Below are positions 12,560 to 27,253 of a stretch of 64,000 nucleotides of DNA, one piece after another (the stretch's first letter is position 1; each line of letters starts with the position of its first letter). The stretch covers positions 57,536,001 to 57,600,000 of the forward strand of contig NC_043013.1 in assembly GCF_006345805.1 (NCBI RefSeq). Reading direction: 5' to 3'. A program made the position numbers and the translations under genes. The notes beneath the pieces are model-generated. The model was not told where the DNA came from, did no database searches, and was given only the letters and a program-made list of their open reading frames with translations. The stretch is from Octopus sinensis. Lineage: Eukaryota.

Positions 12560-13750
12560 TGTCGGTAGAATAGTTGGAGAGGGAAACACTTAGTAAACTG
12601 CGATATTTCTACTATGGCAATGGCCACCTACATCATACAGTATATCGGTTCTAGAATCGAAGTGATTTCTCTAGATGCTTGATCTTATTTCAACACGATG
12701 GATCACAAAGCAAAACTTTGAAGCAGTCATCGATCCGTCCATCAACGTGTCACAACGTTTCATCTGTTTCATGTTTTACTGTTCCACAAGATGGAGACAT
12801 TGCGAGAATTTCGCTTCCACTGAGGCACCAAAGAGTCACCATGACAGTAACATCTTCCTGTGTATAGGAGAATTCACTGTCATGCTGTTTGGTAGATAGG
12901 AAATCGAAGTGGTTAATATTTTTTGGGAAAACTACGCGAAGATAATCGGAGCATGCATCAGCTACTTCGAGTTAGTGCAGTTGTAATTCTGCAGCAAGTA
13001 AAATATGTCTATGGAATGTAAGCAATCACAAGCAATGTGATATGTCTCACACAGAAATGAACCGAACAGAATTTGTCCCTACGTGATGTGGAGCATGAGT
13101 TGATGTTGAAATAACGCCTGGTTGTCTTTTTCTTAATCCAAAAAACATTTTACAACACCGGAACAGATTCTCATTCACTTGTGAATGGTTCAGGTTTTAA
13201 TCACAGGCGGATCATCTGATGTTAGCAGCCACAAAAATGTCTCAAGATTTCGTAATTAAAAGCAGAAACATTTCAAAGATCAGCCGATTCTCCCATGAAT
13301 CCCACTAGCAAGATTATAGAGTCTCCTACTGCCTTGTGTTCAAAGGGAAAGAAATTGTGTGGTAAACACTGAAGCGATCAATTTTTTCCCCGATTTATTT
13401 CCATCAATTTCTCCAAAAACTTCTTCATGGTGGGTAGGGAGGCGTTGCCCCCCTGTAGGTTTCTTTTGAAATGGATGTAAGTGGCGAAACTGATGTGTAT
13501 TAATCATACTGCTTGATGACATCGTAGTTTAGTATTATTGGTGGCCAGGAAAATTGTTGTAGACTTAGAGAAGCGGAGTAGCTGCGACTGAGGAGAGACA
13601 TGCGAGATCAAAACACCTCAGTGTTTCAGGGTCTCGCTACATTGATAGATCGAGTGCTGTGAGCGCATATCGTCTAAAGAAAGATGTTCGTCGATGGCGA
13701 GAGGCGGCGGCGATCGGGTATTAGCTTTCGGGTAAGCAGAACGTTGTAAG
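12560..13750 (+). mobile_element. Degraded RTE-like LINE (APE endonuclease and RT remnants)
   Basis: SNIFLCIGEFTVMLFGR (compare I..GDFNAKVG), an LGK..DNR..QLL segment (compare G..N.NG..LL) and a DDIVV motif near 13515 (compare FADDIVL). Confidence 0.4.
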
Positions 13751-13959
13751 AACCAAAAGATATACTATTATTTAGATTATTACTGCTCTTCGTTCCAAAG
13801 ATTTGAGTTTGAGGATATAGTGTGCTATTTCTTCCGTGAATTTATGTTCTGAATTCAAATGTTGTGCTTGGCTTTCGCCAAATAATGAGATCGAGGCAGT
13901 CGACTAACCACTGCCCATTAAAATAGTCCATTGTCTAAAACTCATATGCGCGTTGTGGC

Positions 13960-14275
13960 TTTGTCTGCATGTAGAGACCCCCTAGAAAGTTACCATCCGA
14001 AGCATAAGTCCGGGCTACGTTGTTTATGGAAAACCAGCAGTCACCCATTCATACAGCATACCCTCTCCACACCATTGATGTCATCCAAGGGAAAGGCAAA
14101 GGGGCCGATACAGTTTGGCACCAGTGATGTCACAACTCATTTCTACAGCTGAGTTAACTGGAGCAACGTGAAATAAAGTGTCTTGCTCAAGAACACAACA
14201 CGCAGCCCGGTCTGGGAATAAAGCTCACAACCTAACGATCGTAAGTTCGACGCTCTAACCACTGAGCCATGCTTT
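13960..14275 (-). mobile_element. tRNA-derived SINE, family C
   Basis: Minus-strand head gcatggctcagtggttagagcgtcg (A box), then cttgagcaagacacttt and cagctgtagaaatg. Related to 35716 and 38885. Confidence 0.8.
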
Positions 14276-14689
14276 GTCTGCATATAGGATTAAATAAATA
14301 ACAAAGGAACAGTGCACTACACCTTATAGCAGAAACAGCTGTAAACTAATGATGCTCACAACACAATTTCCTGTTGCTTTGTTATTTAATGTCTTGTAAC
14401 TGCTTGTGTGCATGTGTGTGTATGTGTGTGTGTTTGTGTGTGCGTGCGAAAGTGTATGGGGAGTAGGTGGATCAAGAACACACATGAAAACGAAAAGTGT
14501 CGCTGAAGAGGTCACAGGTGTGTGACGAAAGATTTGCGGACAATGGACATGAGTGAAAATAAGAACAGGAATAAACGAGTGAAGAAAAAATACGCATTGC
14601 GTGTGTTTATTGGCATAAAAACGAAAAGAATGACCATTCCGAAATACAACAATATGAATATATTTATATATGTACACGTTTGTGTGTCT

Positions 14690-14887
14690 TGATTTGTCGC
14701 CCAAGCATTGCTTGACAATCGATGTTGATGTGTTTACGTCCCTCTATCTTAGTGGTTCGGCAAACGAGACGGATAGAATAAGTACTAGACTTACAAAGAA
14801 TAAGGTCGTGGAGTCAATTTCTTCGAATAAACGTGGTGCTCCAGTATAGCCGCAGTCGAACGACTTCTACAAATAAAAGATTAAAAG

Positions 14888-14888
<1 letters not shown>
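14690..14888 (+). mobile_element. SINE family A, 3' half
   Basis: gcattgcttgacaatcgatg...gatagaataagtact...ggtgctccagtatagccgcagtc matches the 3' half of 20473-20862. Ends in (CA)n. Confidence 0.8.
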
Positions 14889-14937
<49 letters not shown>

Positions 14938-15649
14938 TGCATTCAAATAATATAAATGTTGAATCTAGAGGATAAAATGACTACTTAGCTATCGCCGTTT
15001 GATGTGACAATATATTTGTGAAGAAAGCGGAAATGTTACCCTGTGTTGCCACATTTATTAGGATTGGGGGACACAAATAGGGACCGTTCTAAAAGGCAGA
15101 TGTATTAGATTTACAATAAGAAATGAAAATAAGATATACAAACTGTCTTTTTAAATAAAATCATGTTCTTGGCTCTCAGTTGTGGAGTTAAGTAAGAATT
15201 TGCGTTCAGGAGAATTTATACAGATTTATAATTGTGACTGAGAAAAAAAAAAACGTTTTTGGTATTGTAATTATTTTCACACTGAGTAAAGAGAGTTACC
15301 TGTTAATATTTGTAAAACTTCCAGAATTCGTTATACTAACTAATCACCCACAAAGAAATCACTCTAATATTTTTTATATTAGCAAAATTATCTGAACAAG
15401 GTAGATTTCCAGTAACTCGTATAATTTGAACACCCAAGCACAAACACATTCAGATACTCACACACTCATATGAGAAATATTTGGCCCATTTCTAAGAAAT
15501 TCCTGTATAATTTAAACCCAAAGTGATCAGTAAATTGGTGTAACTGGAGATTCAACTTGGAATCCACAAATATATTTTCAGATATGCCATGTTAGAAATA
15601 TTCTGTACTGAAATGAGACAAAGAACCGTGTAAGAATTTGTCCTCCTGT

Positions 15650-15860
15650 AAAACAGCGAACTGGTTGAGTCGTTAGCACGTTTACATGCATTGTGGCATG
15701 TCATCTGTCTTCATATTCTGAGTTTAAATTCAGCTGTGGTTGACTTCGCCTTTCATCCTTTCGGAACCGATAAAATAAGTACCAGTTAAATACTAGGGTT
15801 GATGTAATCGACTAAACTGTTTCCTCTGAAATTGCTGGCTTTGTGCCAAATTTTGAAATC
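15650..15860 (+). mobile_element. SINE family B
   Basis: gtcgttagcacg head, then gcctttcatcctttcggaaccgataaaataagtaccag and ttgatgtaatcgact. Confidence 0.75.
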
Positions 15861-16328
15861 TATATTTTGTACTCGTCCATCTTCAGAAATATCGGCAAGA
15901 TATCGAGAGATCAGCACCATTTGCAAGAACAACAGTTAAAGCATCATGAATTAATAACAAAATAATAGTATATAATGATTTCAGTGATCCATCGAAACAT
16001 TTTAGCGTTGTTTCATACTTTAGAGTTCTTTGATTATCGCAGAGTCAGTATAGTGATATTTCCTTGAGTAGCCATTTAGGCGTTTTCTTGGTATTCTTGG
16101 CTAACAAAAGCTATTAAAATGACTGCGATATTATACTACCAACTATAAATAATCACTATAAAATCTATTGTTAGTCATTGATAAAATATGTTGCATTGAC
16201 TTGTATGCAAAAACTTGCTCAATATAAGGGCAAGTATATTTTTGTAATTCGTCCATCTCCTTGTTTCTCAATTTCTACCTCTGTCTACCTCCTCTCTCTC
16301 TCACTCCGTTCACTCTCTCCACACACGA

Positions 16329-16376
<48 letters not shown>

Positions 16377-16902
16377 ATAGGCAGAGCTGCATTATGCCAT
16401 CATGCCTGTCAAGTAAGCTTCAAGCTGTTTTACATGACAATTGTTCACTCCTTTGAAAAACGTGCTTAAATAGATTTATAGTAAAGGTAGCAACCATAAA
16501 CATACATGTGTTGCATAAAACTGTGTAATTAAGTGCATTTTATGCATTTACAGTGCATTTCTCATGGCGATGCGTTGTGTGAAGATGGCGGTGTGGTAGG
16601 CTGCAAGTGTCGAGGAGTTTGTGTGCGAGATATTGTATTTATAGATTGTATCATGGAATTTATCTATTCGAAATTCCTATGGTTACGTAGTTATACGGCC
16701 CCGTCGGCTATGACAGCGATGGCAAAGTAACAGCTTCGTCAGAATGAGTAGTTTAGTAAAATGGAAACAGAAAAATGAAATAGAAAAATCAACTGAGTAA
16801 CAATATCAAGAGATTCACTAAGAAATAAAAATGATTTTTAAAATGCCAACACATATCATTACAAGCAAGACTATCTACCACAACAAGTTTATATATATAT
16901 AC

Positions 16903-17010
<108 letters not shown>

Positions 17011-17204
17011 TATATATAGATATATATCTGTAAATGTAATATGTGACAATTATTCGCTAGCCATGATAAAACTCACATATTCTATTTACAGATAAATTCC
17101 TCTATTTACATAATATCGAGGTCTCTTTCATTCTGATGTTGTCTTGCTATTTCTACCAATATATATATATATCTATATATATATATATATCTATATATAT
17201 ATAT

Positions 17205-17253
<49 letters not shown>

Positions 17254-17789
17254 GTATGTGTGTGCGGTGTCTGTGTATTCGAGTTAACGATGAAAAACGT
17301 GTACAAAGACTAAAAGAAAGATGAAAGTACAACCACAGATTTCATCAGCCACATTTCATTTCAGAAAGCTCAGGAATTCGCTACTCGGAAACCTTGTTTT
17401 CCTTCATCAGGAAAGCATCTGTGTTCACACGAAAGAAAACCAAGAAATGCTGTGCCATTAAACAGATGGTACGTTAAAAAATCCTTACGACTGAAAACGG
17501 AGAGGAATAAGATAAAAGATTGTTTTAAAAAATATAAACATATAACTTCAGAATATGAGCAAAGGTTTCAACCTGAACAAAGTGAGATATTGGATGCGAA
17601 TGGTGTTTGAGACAAAAGTTCAACTCAAAGAAGTGTTGGATATCAACAGGGGTATGTGGCATTAAGATGTGAGAGAGAAAAGAGACAGATAGAGGTGGAG
17701 CACAATGGAGAGAGATTAAGAGAGAGGACAAGAGGGCGTGAGAGAAAGATATTGAGAGAAGAGGCACAGCAGAGAGTAATATAAATAAA

Positions 17790-18051
17790 TATCATTCATT
17801 CATTGTTCGACCGTGGTCGAGACAATGGAATTTACCATGCTACGCCAGACTTCACGGTCCATCATGGCATTAAGGAGGTCCTGTTGCTGGATGCCTGTAT
17901 CCCTGGAGATTACATCAGGGTAGGAGAGTGTGCACTCTCTGGTATTGCGAGTAGATGGCTTCCAGAGGAGAAGAGTAGAAATTACTTCTTTTTCAGCTCT
18001 ACAACAATGTCCAGCAAACTGGACTCTCATACCTTTCACAAGAGATGACAA
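17790..18051 (-). mobile_element. RTE-clade LINE 3' end (5'-truncated)
   Basis: ORF RVQFAGHCCRAEKEVISTLLLW...YPDVISRDTG...AMMDREVWRSMV is a typical RTE C-terminus, followed by a (GAAT)n tail. Confidence 0.85.
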
Positions 18052-18641
18052 ATATACTGAGAGAGAGAGAGAGAGCGAAAAGGGGATTGTATTAGAGAGC
18101 GAGAAAGATATTTCTCGCTCTCCAATATTCTAAAAATCGCAATGTGAGTTGCTGCGTAGAAAACAAATTAATTATGAGGAAAAATATTAATGCACACTAT
18201 AAAAGAAAATTCAAATTAAAGACGAAAAGATAAAGAAGACATAGGTTCGAGTCCGATAGACAGTCTTCGATGCTTTCCATCCAAAATGTCTTTAAAACAC
18301 ACTTTCTTATTTATAGCTTCCTCTACTTCGAGTTTTATGGTTGAAAAAGTAATTATTTCACGTCTCTCGAAATTTGTAAGTACTTAAGACATACAAAAAC
18401 ATCCAAATCTCGCCGTTTAGTAAATAGCTTCTATAAACGGAAGGAGAATTTCGAAGGATTACTTTGGCATAATGTTAGAACGGCTGTCATGTTTACGGAA
18501 CATGTGGATCGAGTACGACAGATGTCCTACCAAGGGCTTTCTAACATTATATATACATGATATTATTTATACCTGTATCTAATTCAAGTTCCCCATGAAA
18601 ACAATTTATTTCAAGTCTTACAGTTTTGCAAAGTTAGCGAC

Positions 18642-18679
<38 letters not shown>

Positions 18680-18733
18680 ATACACACACATATTTATATA
18701 GGCATATATGTACTGAGACAGGCAGACAGACAG

Positions 18734-18770
<37 letters not shown>

Positions 18771-18854
18771 AGAGAGAGTTCTGTATATACGAAATAAGTG
18801 TCTTTTTCCATTCAAATAGTTTCTGAGAAACTATTTATAGTTTCACAATGTTCA

Positions 18855-19000
18855 TTTCAGGCTTTGGCACAAGGCCGGCAATTTCAGAATGGGGTAAGTC
18901 GATTATATTCACCCCAGTGCATGACTGGTACTTATTTCATCGGGCCCGAAGTTTGAAAAGCAAAGTTGATCCCGGGAGTATTTGAAATCCGAACCTGTGT
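18855..19000 (-). mobile_element. SINE family B, partial
   Basis: ggcacaaggccggcaatt...gtcgattatattcaccccagtgcatgactggtacttattt is the reverse complement of the family B 3' part. Confidence 0.7.
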
Positions 19001-20320
19001 AAATATATTTAAAATGAATACAAACAAGTTGACAGTAGTTTACTTACAATATAAATCTCTCTCTCTCTCTCTCTCTCTCTCCTTCTCTCGTTCTGTTTCT
19101 GCATATGTGCGGGCGAGTGTGCGCGCGCGCGCGGAGAGAAAGATTTAGGTGGATAGATTGATAAGCAGGTAGATAGATAGATAGACAAAGAGACAGGCAG
19201 ATAGAGACATAGATAGAAAGACAGACAGACAGATAGATAGGTAAGTCCTGAAGCGTAAGAGGATACCAAGTAAAAATCATTGAGGAATTTCCATATTTTC
19301 TACGTGGTTTATATTTCTTTTGATTTATTTGGAATTTTTCTTCTTTTTTTTCCTTTTTGTTGGTTTGCTTATCTTTAAAATTTAACGATGCCTTTAGGAC
19401 AGAAAATAAGGAATGGAAACTATTAAAGCGTTGATCAAAGATTCTCTCTGCAGGTGTTTGGACTTCCATGACAGGTGATGTCTATGTGTTTGCGGAGGGA
19501 AAATGAATTAAAAAGGAGGAACATTTTCATAAATATATACAGAAAAACATACATATGTGTGTGAATGTGCGTATATGTATGTATGTATATGCGTGTGCGC
19601 GTGTGTAGGTATATTTGTATTTTTGTACATATTTCAAAGCAGCTTCAATATAGAGATAAGGAAAGCGAAAACACAAACCTGTGTCTTTTTACTGTTTTCT
19701 ATTCGTGGTTTCAAACTAAAAAGACATCAAAAGTGTCCTTCCACGAAACAAGTCTTTGGTATATCATGGAGAGCATTCACAGTCTTGGTAATGTTTAACA
19801 ATAATATGAGGAGTCAACTAAACAGAAATACCACCACCATCACCACCGCCATCATTATCATCATCATCATCATCATCATCATGAGGATCCAAATCGCTAC
19901 CATAACCAACAATGCAATGCCGCTGGGCAATATGTCATCGATGTATCCTTCAGCTATTGTAAGTGTATATGCACATCCACACACACACACGCATACACAC
20001 AGAGGTACACACACATATATACACACGCATGTACATCCCCACACATGTACTCTTTCTTTTTCTCTTTCTCTTTCCTTTCTTTCTCTTATGTTATCTGTCT
20101 CTCAGTGATTTCTGTACATATATACATTTAAATAATATTATTTTTGCTCATTTGCATAAGTTCTTGTAAATCAAACCGTACACATCCACACATTCACGCA
20201 TATACACGCATATACACACATGCACACACAGAAGTACGTTCATATAATAACAGAGACGAACATTCAATTAAGTATAATTTGTTTCATCTTTGCCAGATGT
20301 TTTGTCACTGCTGACGCAGA

Positions 20321-21362
<1,042 letters not shown>

Positions 21363-21679
21363 ATATATATATATATATATAACGTATATTAAACTATTAC
21401 ATGTAACTCAATGCATGTTGCCCCGAAATTATGTCTCAGTATTTGCATGCGCATTTCGTCGGAAAAAAAGCCCAAAATGAATGGACCCGATATTTAGCTG
21501 GTGAACGTATTTGTTGCAATTCAATGCTCTATTATGTTAGGAGAAAGCGAATGTTCATCCCGGAGAATGATTTCATTTACGTCTCGTTTCTTTATATTTA
21601 ATTTTTTTTGTTTATATATAGAATTGTAGGACTGTCGACATCATGCAATGGGAATCAACGTCACTCTGATTGAAAGATC

Positions 21680-23290
21680 AAATAAGGAACAAAGAAATGT
21701 CATGAAACTGGAACAAATGTATGGTAGTAGAACATAACAACAAACCTAAAATACCGCTCTTCAAATGTCTGTACCACATACAGAGGAAGGCAAATTGCAC
21801 AGGTATTTAAAGAGAGAAATAAAATATATTTGACTGGATTTATGGATGCGCTTTCCATACAATCTACTTGGCACCATTCCTCAAATGAAGATTTTAGCAT
21901 CATGGATAAATGATCAAACGTTGATTACTTACGCCGCTATTAGAATAAACTGCTTGCCGAAATTTTGATGTTTACAGAACAGAAGGAAAGACTGCAAAGA
22001 GATTTGACGCTTACAGTGGATCGTTGGTGCATTGTAACCAGAGGGAGGGTTGCTTAATACGGAAGTACAAGGTGAAGTATTCAATGCAGATGACGAAGCA
22101 ACAAAATTATTTGTCCCCAAATTAGAAGACATTGTTAAAGAAGAAAAATGACATGGCATCTCAAGTGTCGAATATAGATGAAACAAGAACAGTTTTGGAA
22201 ACACAAAATCCCATGAACGTAGAAACATAGCAAAACAGGAATCACAAATGTCACAATTTTAAGCTTCAAAAGAATATTTAACTTTGATACTCGCTGGAAA
22301 TACACGTGAAACTACAAACTCAATGAAAAGAACTTTAAAGGTATCTATCTATCTATCCGCTCAGTCGAAGTCGACTCTCGGTTACTCGATGGATCAGTGT
22401 CCTCCAGTCAGTTCTATCCTGGGCTGCTTCTTTCAGATTGGCTATGTCCATTCCGGTATCACTCTTGATGGAGTCAAGCCAGCGGGTTCTTGGTCGGCCT
22501 CTTCCTTTCTTGCCACTGACCATTCCGAACATGATGTCCTTCTCCAGGGATTTTCTCCGCATAATATGACCAAAATATGCCAATCTATGCTTGGTGATCC
22601 TAGGTATCACCTTAACTAATTTCCCAGCTTTATCGAAATCCCATTTTTGCATTAGAGCTTTTGATTTAGAAAACTGGGTCTCTCTGAAGTAAAAATATTT
22701 TGAGAGCAAAACCATTCATTTAGATGTGGTTATAAGTTATAATGATGCAAAGGGAACCTGGCAACCAATCTCCCAAATGGTTTCCTTACCACGTAACCCA
22801 ACCACTATTCTTCAGTGCCTCAACTTTTAAAGTATTGTTATTTGTGAGGCACATTTCAAACTAATTAAAGTCACGGATAAGGAGGACGGCCAAACTTTTA
22901 GGGAATTATGGAAAAGTTGTTTTTTTTTTAATGTTACAGATGAGATCAAAAGGAAACATGCTGGGATCAGAATTTCAGAGAAGGCTTTCAGCGATGACTG
23001 ACGACCGAAATCTTTGTTGCAGCCTTAATTGCTAATGATGAAGTGAGAAACTGAAAAAGAATTCTTTAACCTGTTGAGCAGCTCCACGCTGAGACAGCAA
23101 CAAGAAACAAATCTGATCTACTTGAAATGGAGAATGACGCATTTGCTAATGGAGAGTCACTTGAATGGTAATATGGCAAGACAATAATGATAAGCAAGAG
23201 GTCAAAGGTGGAGGCCATGTCAAGAAGCGTCTTTACACTCAAAGGATTTCAAGAAATGTTTGAAAAGAATAAAAAAGTAGTCATTTTCTT
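21680..23290 (+). mobile_element. Tigger/pogo-family transposase remnant, interrupted by an RTE insertion
   Basis: SWINDQ (CENP-B-type HTH), QGEVFNADDEATKLFVPKLEDIVKEE (compare GE..SAD.EAA..F..L..II.E), LILAGN, VSLPRNPTTILQ (compare FLPPNTTS.LQP) and FTLKGFQEMF. Confidence 0.75.
22322..22615 (-). mobile_element. RTE-BovB-like LINE 3' end
   Basis: RLAYFGHIMRRKSLEKDIMFGMVSGKKGRGRPRTRWLDSIKSDTG...AAQDRTDWRTLIHRVTESRLRL followed by an (ATAG)n tail. Confidence 0.9.
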
Positions 23291-23843
23291 TCATTGTTTT
23301 TTTTTCTTTCTTGCATGAGGAGATCCCAGTAACAAGAAGACAGGGGCCACCGCTGGTTTGAAGATTTTCTTTACTTGTTCTCAGCGAATTTATGAAGAAA
23401 ACAAGTAAAAACACTGAGTTGCAAACACACGCACACCCCCCCCCCCAATCGTCGACACCACTACCACCACCAGCACCACTGCACATCACTCCTTGAGATA
23501 CCCTAAGCTTTTCTGAAGAAAAAAATCAACTCTTCAAGTGAAAATCTGATTCACATCAACTTGCTACCAATGTTAATTAAAGTTTTAGCGAGAAATAGTC
23601 TTTGTTCTATTTTCAAATATGTTACCTTAAAATAATAAGATACTTTTAATTAAATGCTAATTATCTTAAGTCGTTAGTGTTGCCTTTGTTTATTATTATC
23701 AAAATTTTAATGAAATATTTTAATTGGTACCAAGTTCACAATTATTATATTACATTTAAGGGAAAATAGCTGCCGTTCTACTAGTTCTCGATTTACGTAT
23801 GATAACAGTGAAAATGTTAAAAGCAAGAACTCTCTGTCCCCCC

Positions 23844-23893
<50 letters not shown>

Positions 23894-24385
23894 CTTCAAA
23901 TGTTTCTTTATAGTTAATTGTACAGCATAGTTAAAATGACCGTCTTATATTTGCAACCCTCAATATAATCTGCTATGCACCATCATTCAGGATCTTCCCA
24001 CAAGCATGGCCCGAATCGAACTGACTACATTTGTGCGTGGCTTTCTTATTTCAATTTTCTACTATTGTTTAAGATACGAAAAGAATGTGAGGAGGACACG
24101 TTGAAATATGTCATAGTTATAAAATTTAATTTGTATCTAACGTCATGTTAACCTAAACTCCAGGACCAAAGTGAGAGTTCTACACATTAACTTTGGTCAG
24201 TCAATCTGGGTGTTCTAATATAGTTTCACATATGTATAAAAAGAGATTGAATACAAGAATTAGATTTAACGAAATTAATCGAAGGAAATATCTGTCATGG
24301 AAGTCACATGTGTTGTTAGCCGGAAACTATATCTGAGAGCTCTTAGGTACCTGCCTCCGTAATTTATCCATATCTATTCATCGTG

Positions 24386-24424
<39 letters not shown>

Positions 24425-24425
<1 letters not shown>

Positions 24426-24668
24426 CAACAAGGATATCCAGAGGTAGTGCAGTACGATCGTTTCATGCGTCTCCATTTAATTCAACAGTGCAAACATTAC
24501 ATCAGTTTTAAAATGTAGAGCAATCTTCAGCTGCATAAAAATATAGAATTTAGTTAAATTCAAAGGATTCATTTGTACAGTTATTCTATTAACCAAAATC
24601 ACAAAGGGGATAAGTAGATAGACAAAGAAGAAGTTTCATCAACAACGTCATAGTTGTAACTGATATTT
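24425..24668 (-). mobile_element. Hammerhead-containing repeat (putative PLE pseudo-LTR); inverted partner of 28054-28298
   Basis: About 240 bp reverse-complementary to 28054-28298. The family recurs at 42290-42520 and 51970-52310. Confidence 0.75.
24448..24535 (-). ncRNA. Type I hammerhead ribozyme motif
   Basis: Minus strand reads tgcag-CTGAAGA-ttgctc...gagacgcat-GAAA-CGATCG-TA-ctgca. Core canonical, palindromic ACGATCGT helix III, 5-bp helix I, imperfect long helix II. Confidence 0.65.
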
Positions 24669-25611
24669 TTTCACAGGAAGACACTGCTTATCATTGATTT
24701 TAATTTGTTATTTAGAGTTACTACGGGGGAGGGCTAGTTCTAATTTGCAGACTAGTTTATCAAGTGTAATGGAAACTAGAATCTATCTTTTATGGATAGA
24801 GTAAAAAGACAGTTTAAGTGGCAGAGTCATAAATCAAGATTTCTTTGAAGTGAAAACCATTGGGTTCAGCCAAATTTGCAGGCTGAAGCTGATGAGCAAG
24901 GGAGAATAAAGCTTATAATACTTAACTATTTGACAACCATAACCCCAATGATAATTTGAAATATTTAGGTACATTTTAGAGAGTCTTTTTTTCACTAGAA
25001 GCCAGAATAATTTCAGTATTTTACACAAAATAGGGTTGGAGAATATAGAAATAATTTCATATTTATATAAGTTTCTATACCAACCCAATATACATTTATA
25101 GTTAATTAGTAAATAGTAATTTATTGGTATTAATGAGTTAAATTAAAGGAATATGTTAAAACTTTATATATTTTCTTTATGCTAATAGCCTTAGAACATA
25201 TTTTTTGTATTATAAAATAGATAGTGAAATATATCAGTATGGTTCTGTATAGGTTGAGTGTGAAATCTATAGAAATATATTATCAATAAAATGATATAGT
25301 GAGTGAATAAGTAAGAAAAAATGGATTAAAATTAAAACAAAGGAATTTAAATGAGTATAATGAAAAATAAATATAAATTATTGTAGAATATCATAGATAA
25401 GGGGTAGAATAGATTTGTGTTCTGAAAACTTATTATAAAATATACCTAGTATATTTATATTAATAGGTGAGGTAAGTTGTTATAAGAAATTCTCATATAA
25501 TTTTGTAGTTTTTAGACTAAAATTAATATTTACTTATCATGGGAATTACCATAAGTGACTAGTGTTTAATACCGGGTAAAGAAATGATTAAGTTACTGGG
25601 CAAAAATTATA

Positions 25612-26195
25612 TTATTAATAAAACTTATTAAAATTTGGGTTCTATTATAGATTTAGAAAATGCTATTATTATTCCTTATATGATAATTTATAATATTTTT
25701 AATTGGTACTTATAAAATGTTATTTTCTTCTTTATTTATAATCTAATTATAAAGCTTTTCTAATACATACAAAGATCATGAGAGAAATAGAAACCAAGTA
25801 ATTTAGATATTATTATCTATTTTTTATCAGGTTTTGAATATTAATTAAGGAGATTTAGAAGATCTTTTTATGAGGAGATTCTCAATAAATAAGGCATTAA
25901 TTGACTCACATACCAAAATCTTTAAAATACAGTGCAAGGGAGGTAACCAAAATGTAAATCTTACAATGTAAATAGAATTATTTAATTTATATGGGAATCG
26001 CTAAGTTACTTGGTTTCTATTTCCCTAAACCAACCCTACCCTCATGATCTTTGAATGTATTAGAAAGCTTTATAATTAGATTATAAATAAATAAGAACCA
26101 ATTAAAAAATGTTATAAATTATCATATAAGGAATAATAATAGCATTTTCTTAAATCTATAATAGAACCCAAAATTTTAATAAGTTTTATTAATAA
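25612..26195. repeat. Inverted duplication with about 195-bp arms and about 195-bp spacer
   Basis: 25612-25806 matches the reverse complement of 26001-26195 with indels. Confidence 0.85.
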
Positions 26196-27253
26196 CTAGC
26201 TTAAGGTGACCCGCTCTACGCGCGGGTAAGAGTGTGGTTGTTACTTTCTGTTGCTTCCTTTCAGCGCGTAAAAAGCACCATCCGAACGGGGCCGATTGCA
26301 GCGCCGCCTTGACTGGCTTCTGTGCTGGTGGCACGTAAAAAGCATCAGCCAATCGTCGCCGCTACCAGCCCCCCTGGCACATGTGCCGGCGGCACGAAAA
26401 AAGCACCCACTACACTCACAGGGTGGTTGGCGTTAGGAAGGGCATCCACCTGTAGAAACACTGCCAGATCAGACTGGAGCCTGGTGCAGCCTCCTGGCTT
26501 CCCAGACCCCGGTCATACTGTCCAACCCGTGCTAGCACGGAAAACGGACGTTAAACGATGATGATGATGATGATGATTCTCCCTCTTTGTTTCTCTCTCC
26601 TTTCTCTCTCACTTTCCCACTCTCTTACTTTTCTTTTCTCTCGGACTCTCCCTCGCTTTCTCTTACTCTCTATCTATCTATCTCTCCCATTTATAAACAA
26701 CAAAAGCTCTTGAGTAAGTTGAGAAATAAAATATTTAGAAAGATCAATCATAAATATCAGGCAGTGGCAACGGAAAGGTCTGCTTCAAGGCAGACAGCAA
26801 AACACTAACATTTAAAAGAGACAGACGAACTTGCGAGCTGAATAAAAATAATAAAATATTGGAAACCAAAGTTTGAAGGGATAGAATCTGAGGATAGTAG
26901 AGCCACCATGGCTGGCATTTCTTAACGACGGACAGCAACATAGTGGCAGTTTAACGGCTGGCGTAAAATTTTGAACTTGATGTAAAAGAAAATTCGTAAA
27001 CACCAAGTTTTGAAGTGATTCTTTCTCATGACAGTAGACTCACCATGGCAAGCATTCAAAACTTCATCATGGACGGCAACACATTGACGATTAAAAGGCT
27101 GGCGCAAATTGTTTAGCTTGATGTAACAGAGAATTCCTAAACACCCGCTCCTTTAAATTTTAATCTCCTTCCAGCCCCATTTAGACCCCTGTTCACATTG
27201 TGGTTAATATAACCCGATTTCATTCGGGTCTACTGGGGCCACATTTTATAAGA
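26196..27253 (-). mobile_element. Non-autonomous Helitron
   Basis: Minus-strand 3' end has the hairpin ACCCGC-gcgtaga-GCGGGT, then 9 nt, then CTAG|T (26196-26227). The putative 5' end A|TCTTATAAAA is at 27253, giving an A|T target. Two diverged internal repeats lie at 26897-27034 and 27035-27150. Confidence 0.65.
26268..26577 (+). mobile_element. 5'-truncated SINE, family D, nested in the Helitron
   Basis: ggcacgtaaaaagca repeats, ggcgttaggaagggcatcc motif and 3' gctagcacggaaaacggacgttaaac followed by a (GAT)n tail. Confidence 0.7.

Noticed and set aside
17340-17430. Two CTGATGA motifs on the minus strand
   Set aside because: The first has a helix II but GAGT instead of GAAA and no helix I partner. 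The second has no downstream GAAA.
24670-25610. AT-rich segment initially suggesting a mitochondrial insertion (NUMT) or LINE RT
   Set aside because: I found no recognisable mitochondrial gene or tRNA. RT-like words (FIDNIF, LYKYE, YSPLL) are not at consistent spacing.
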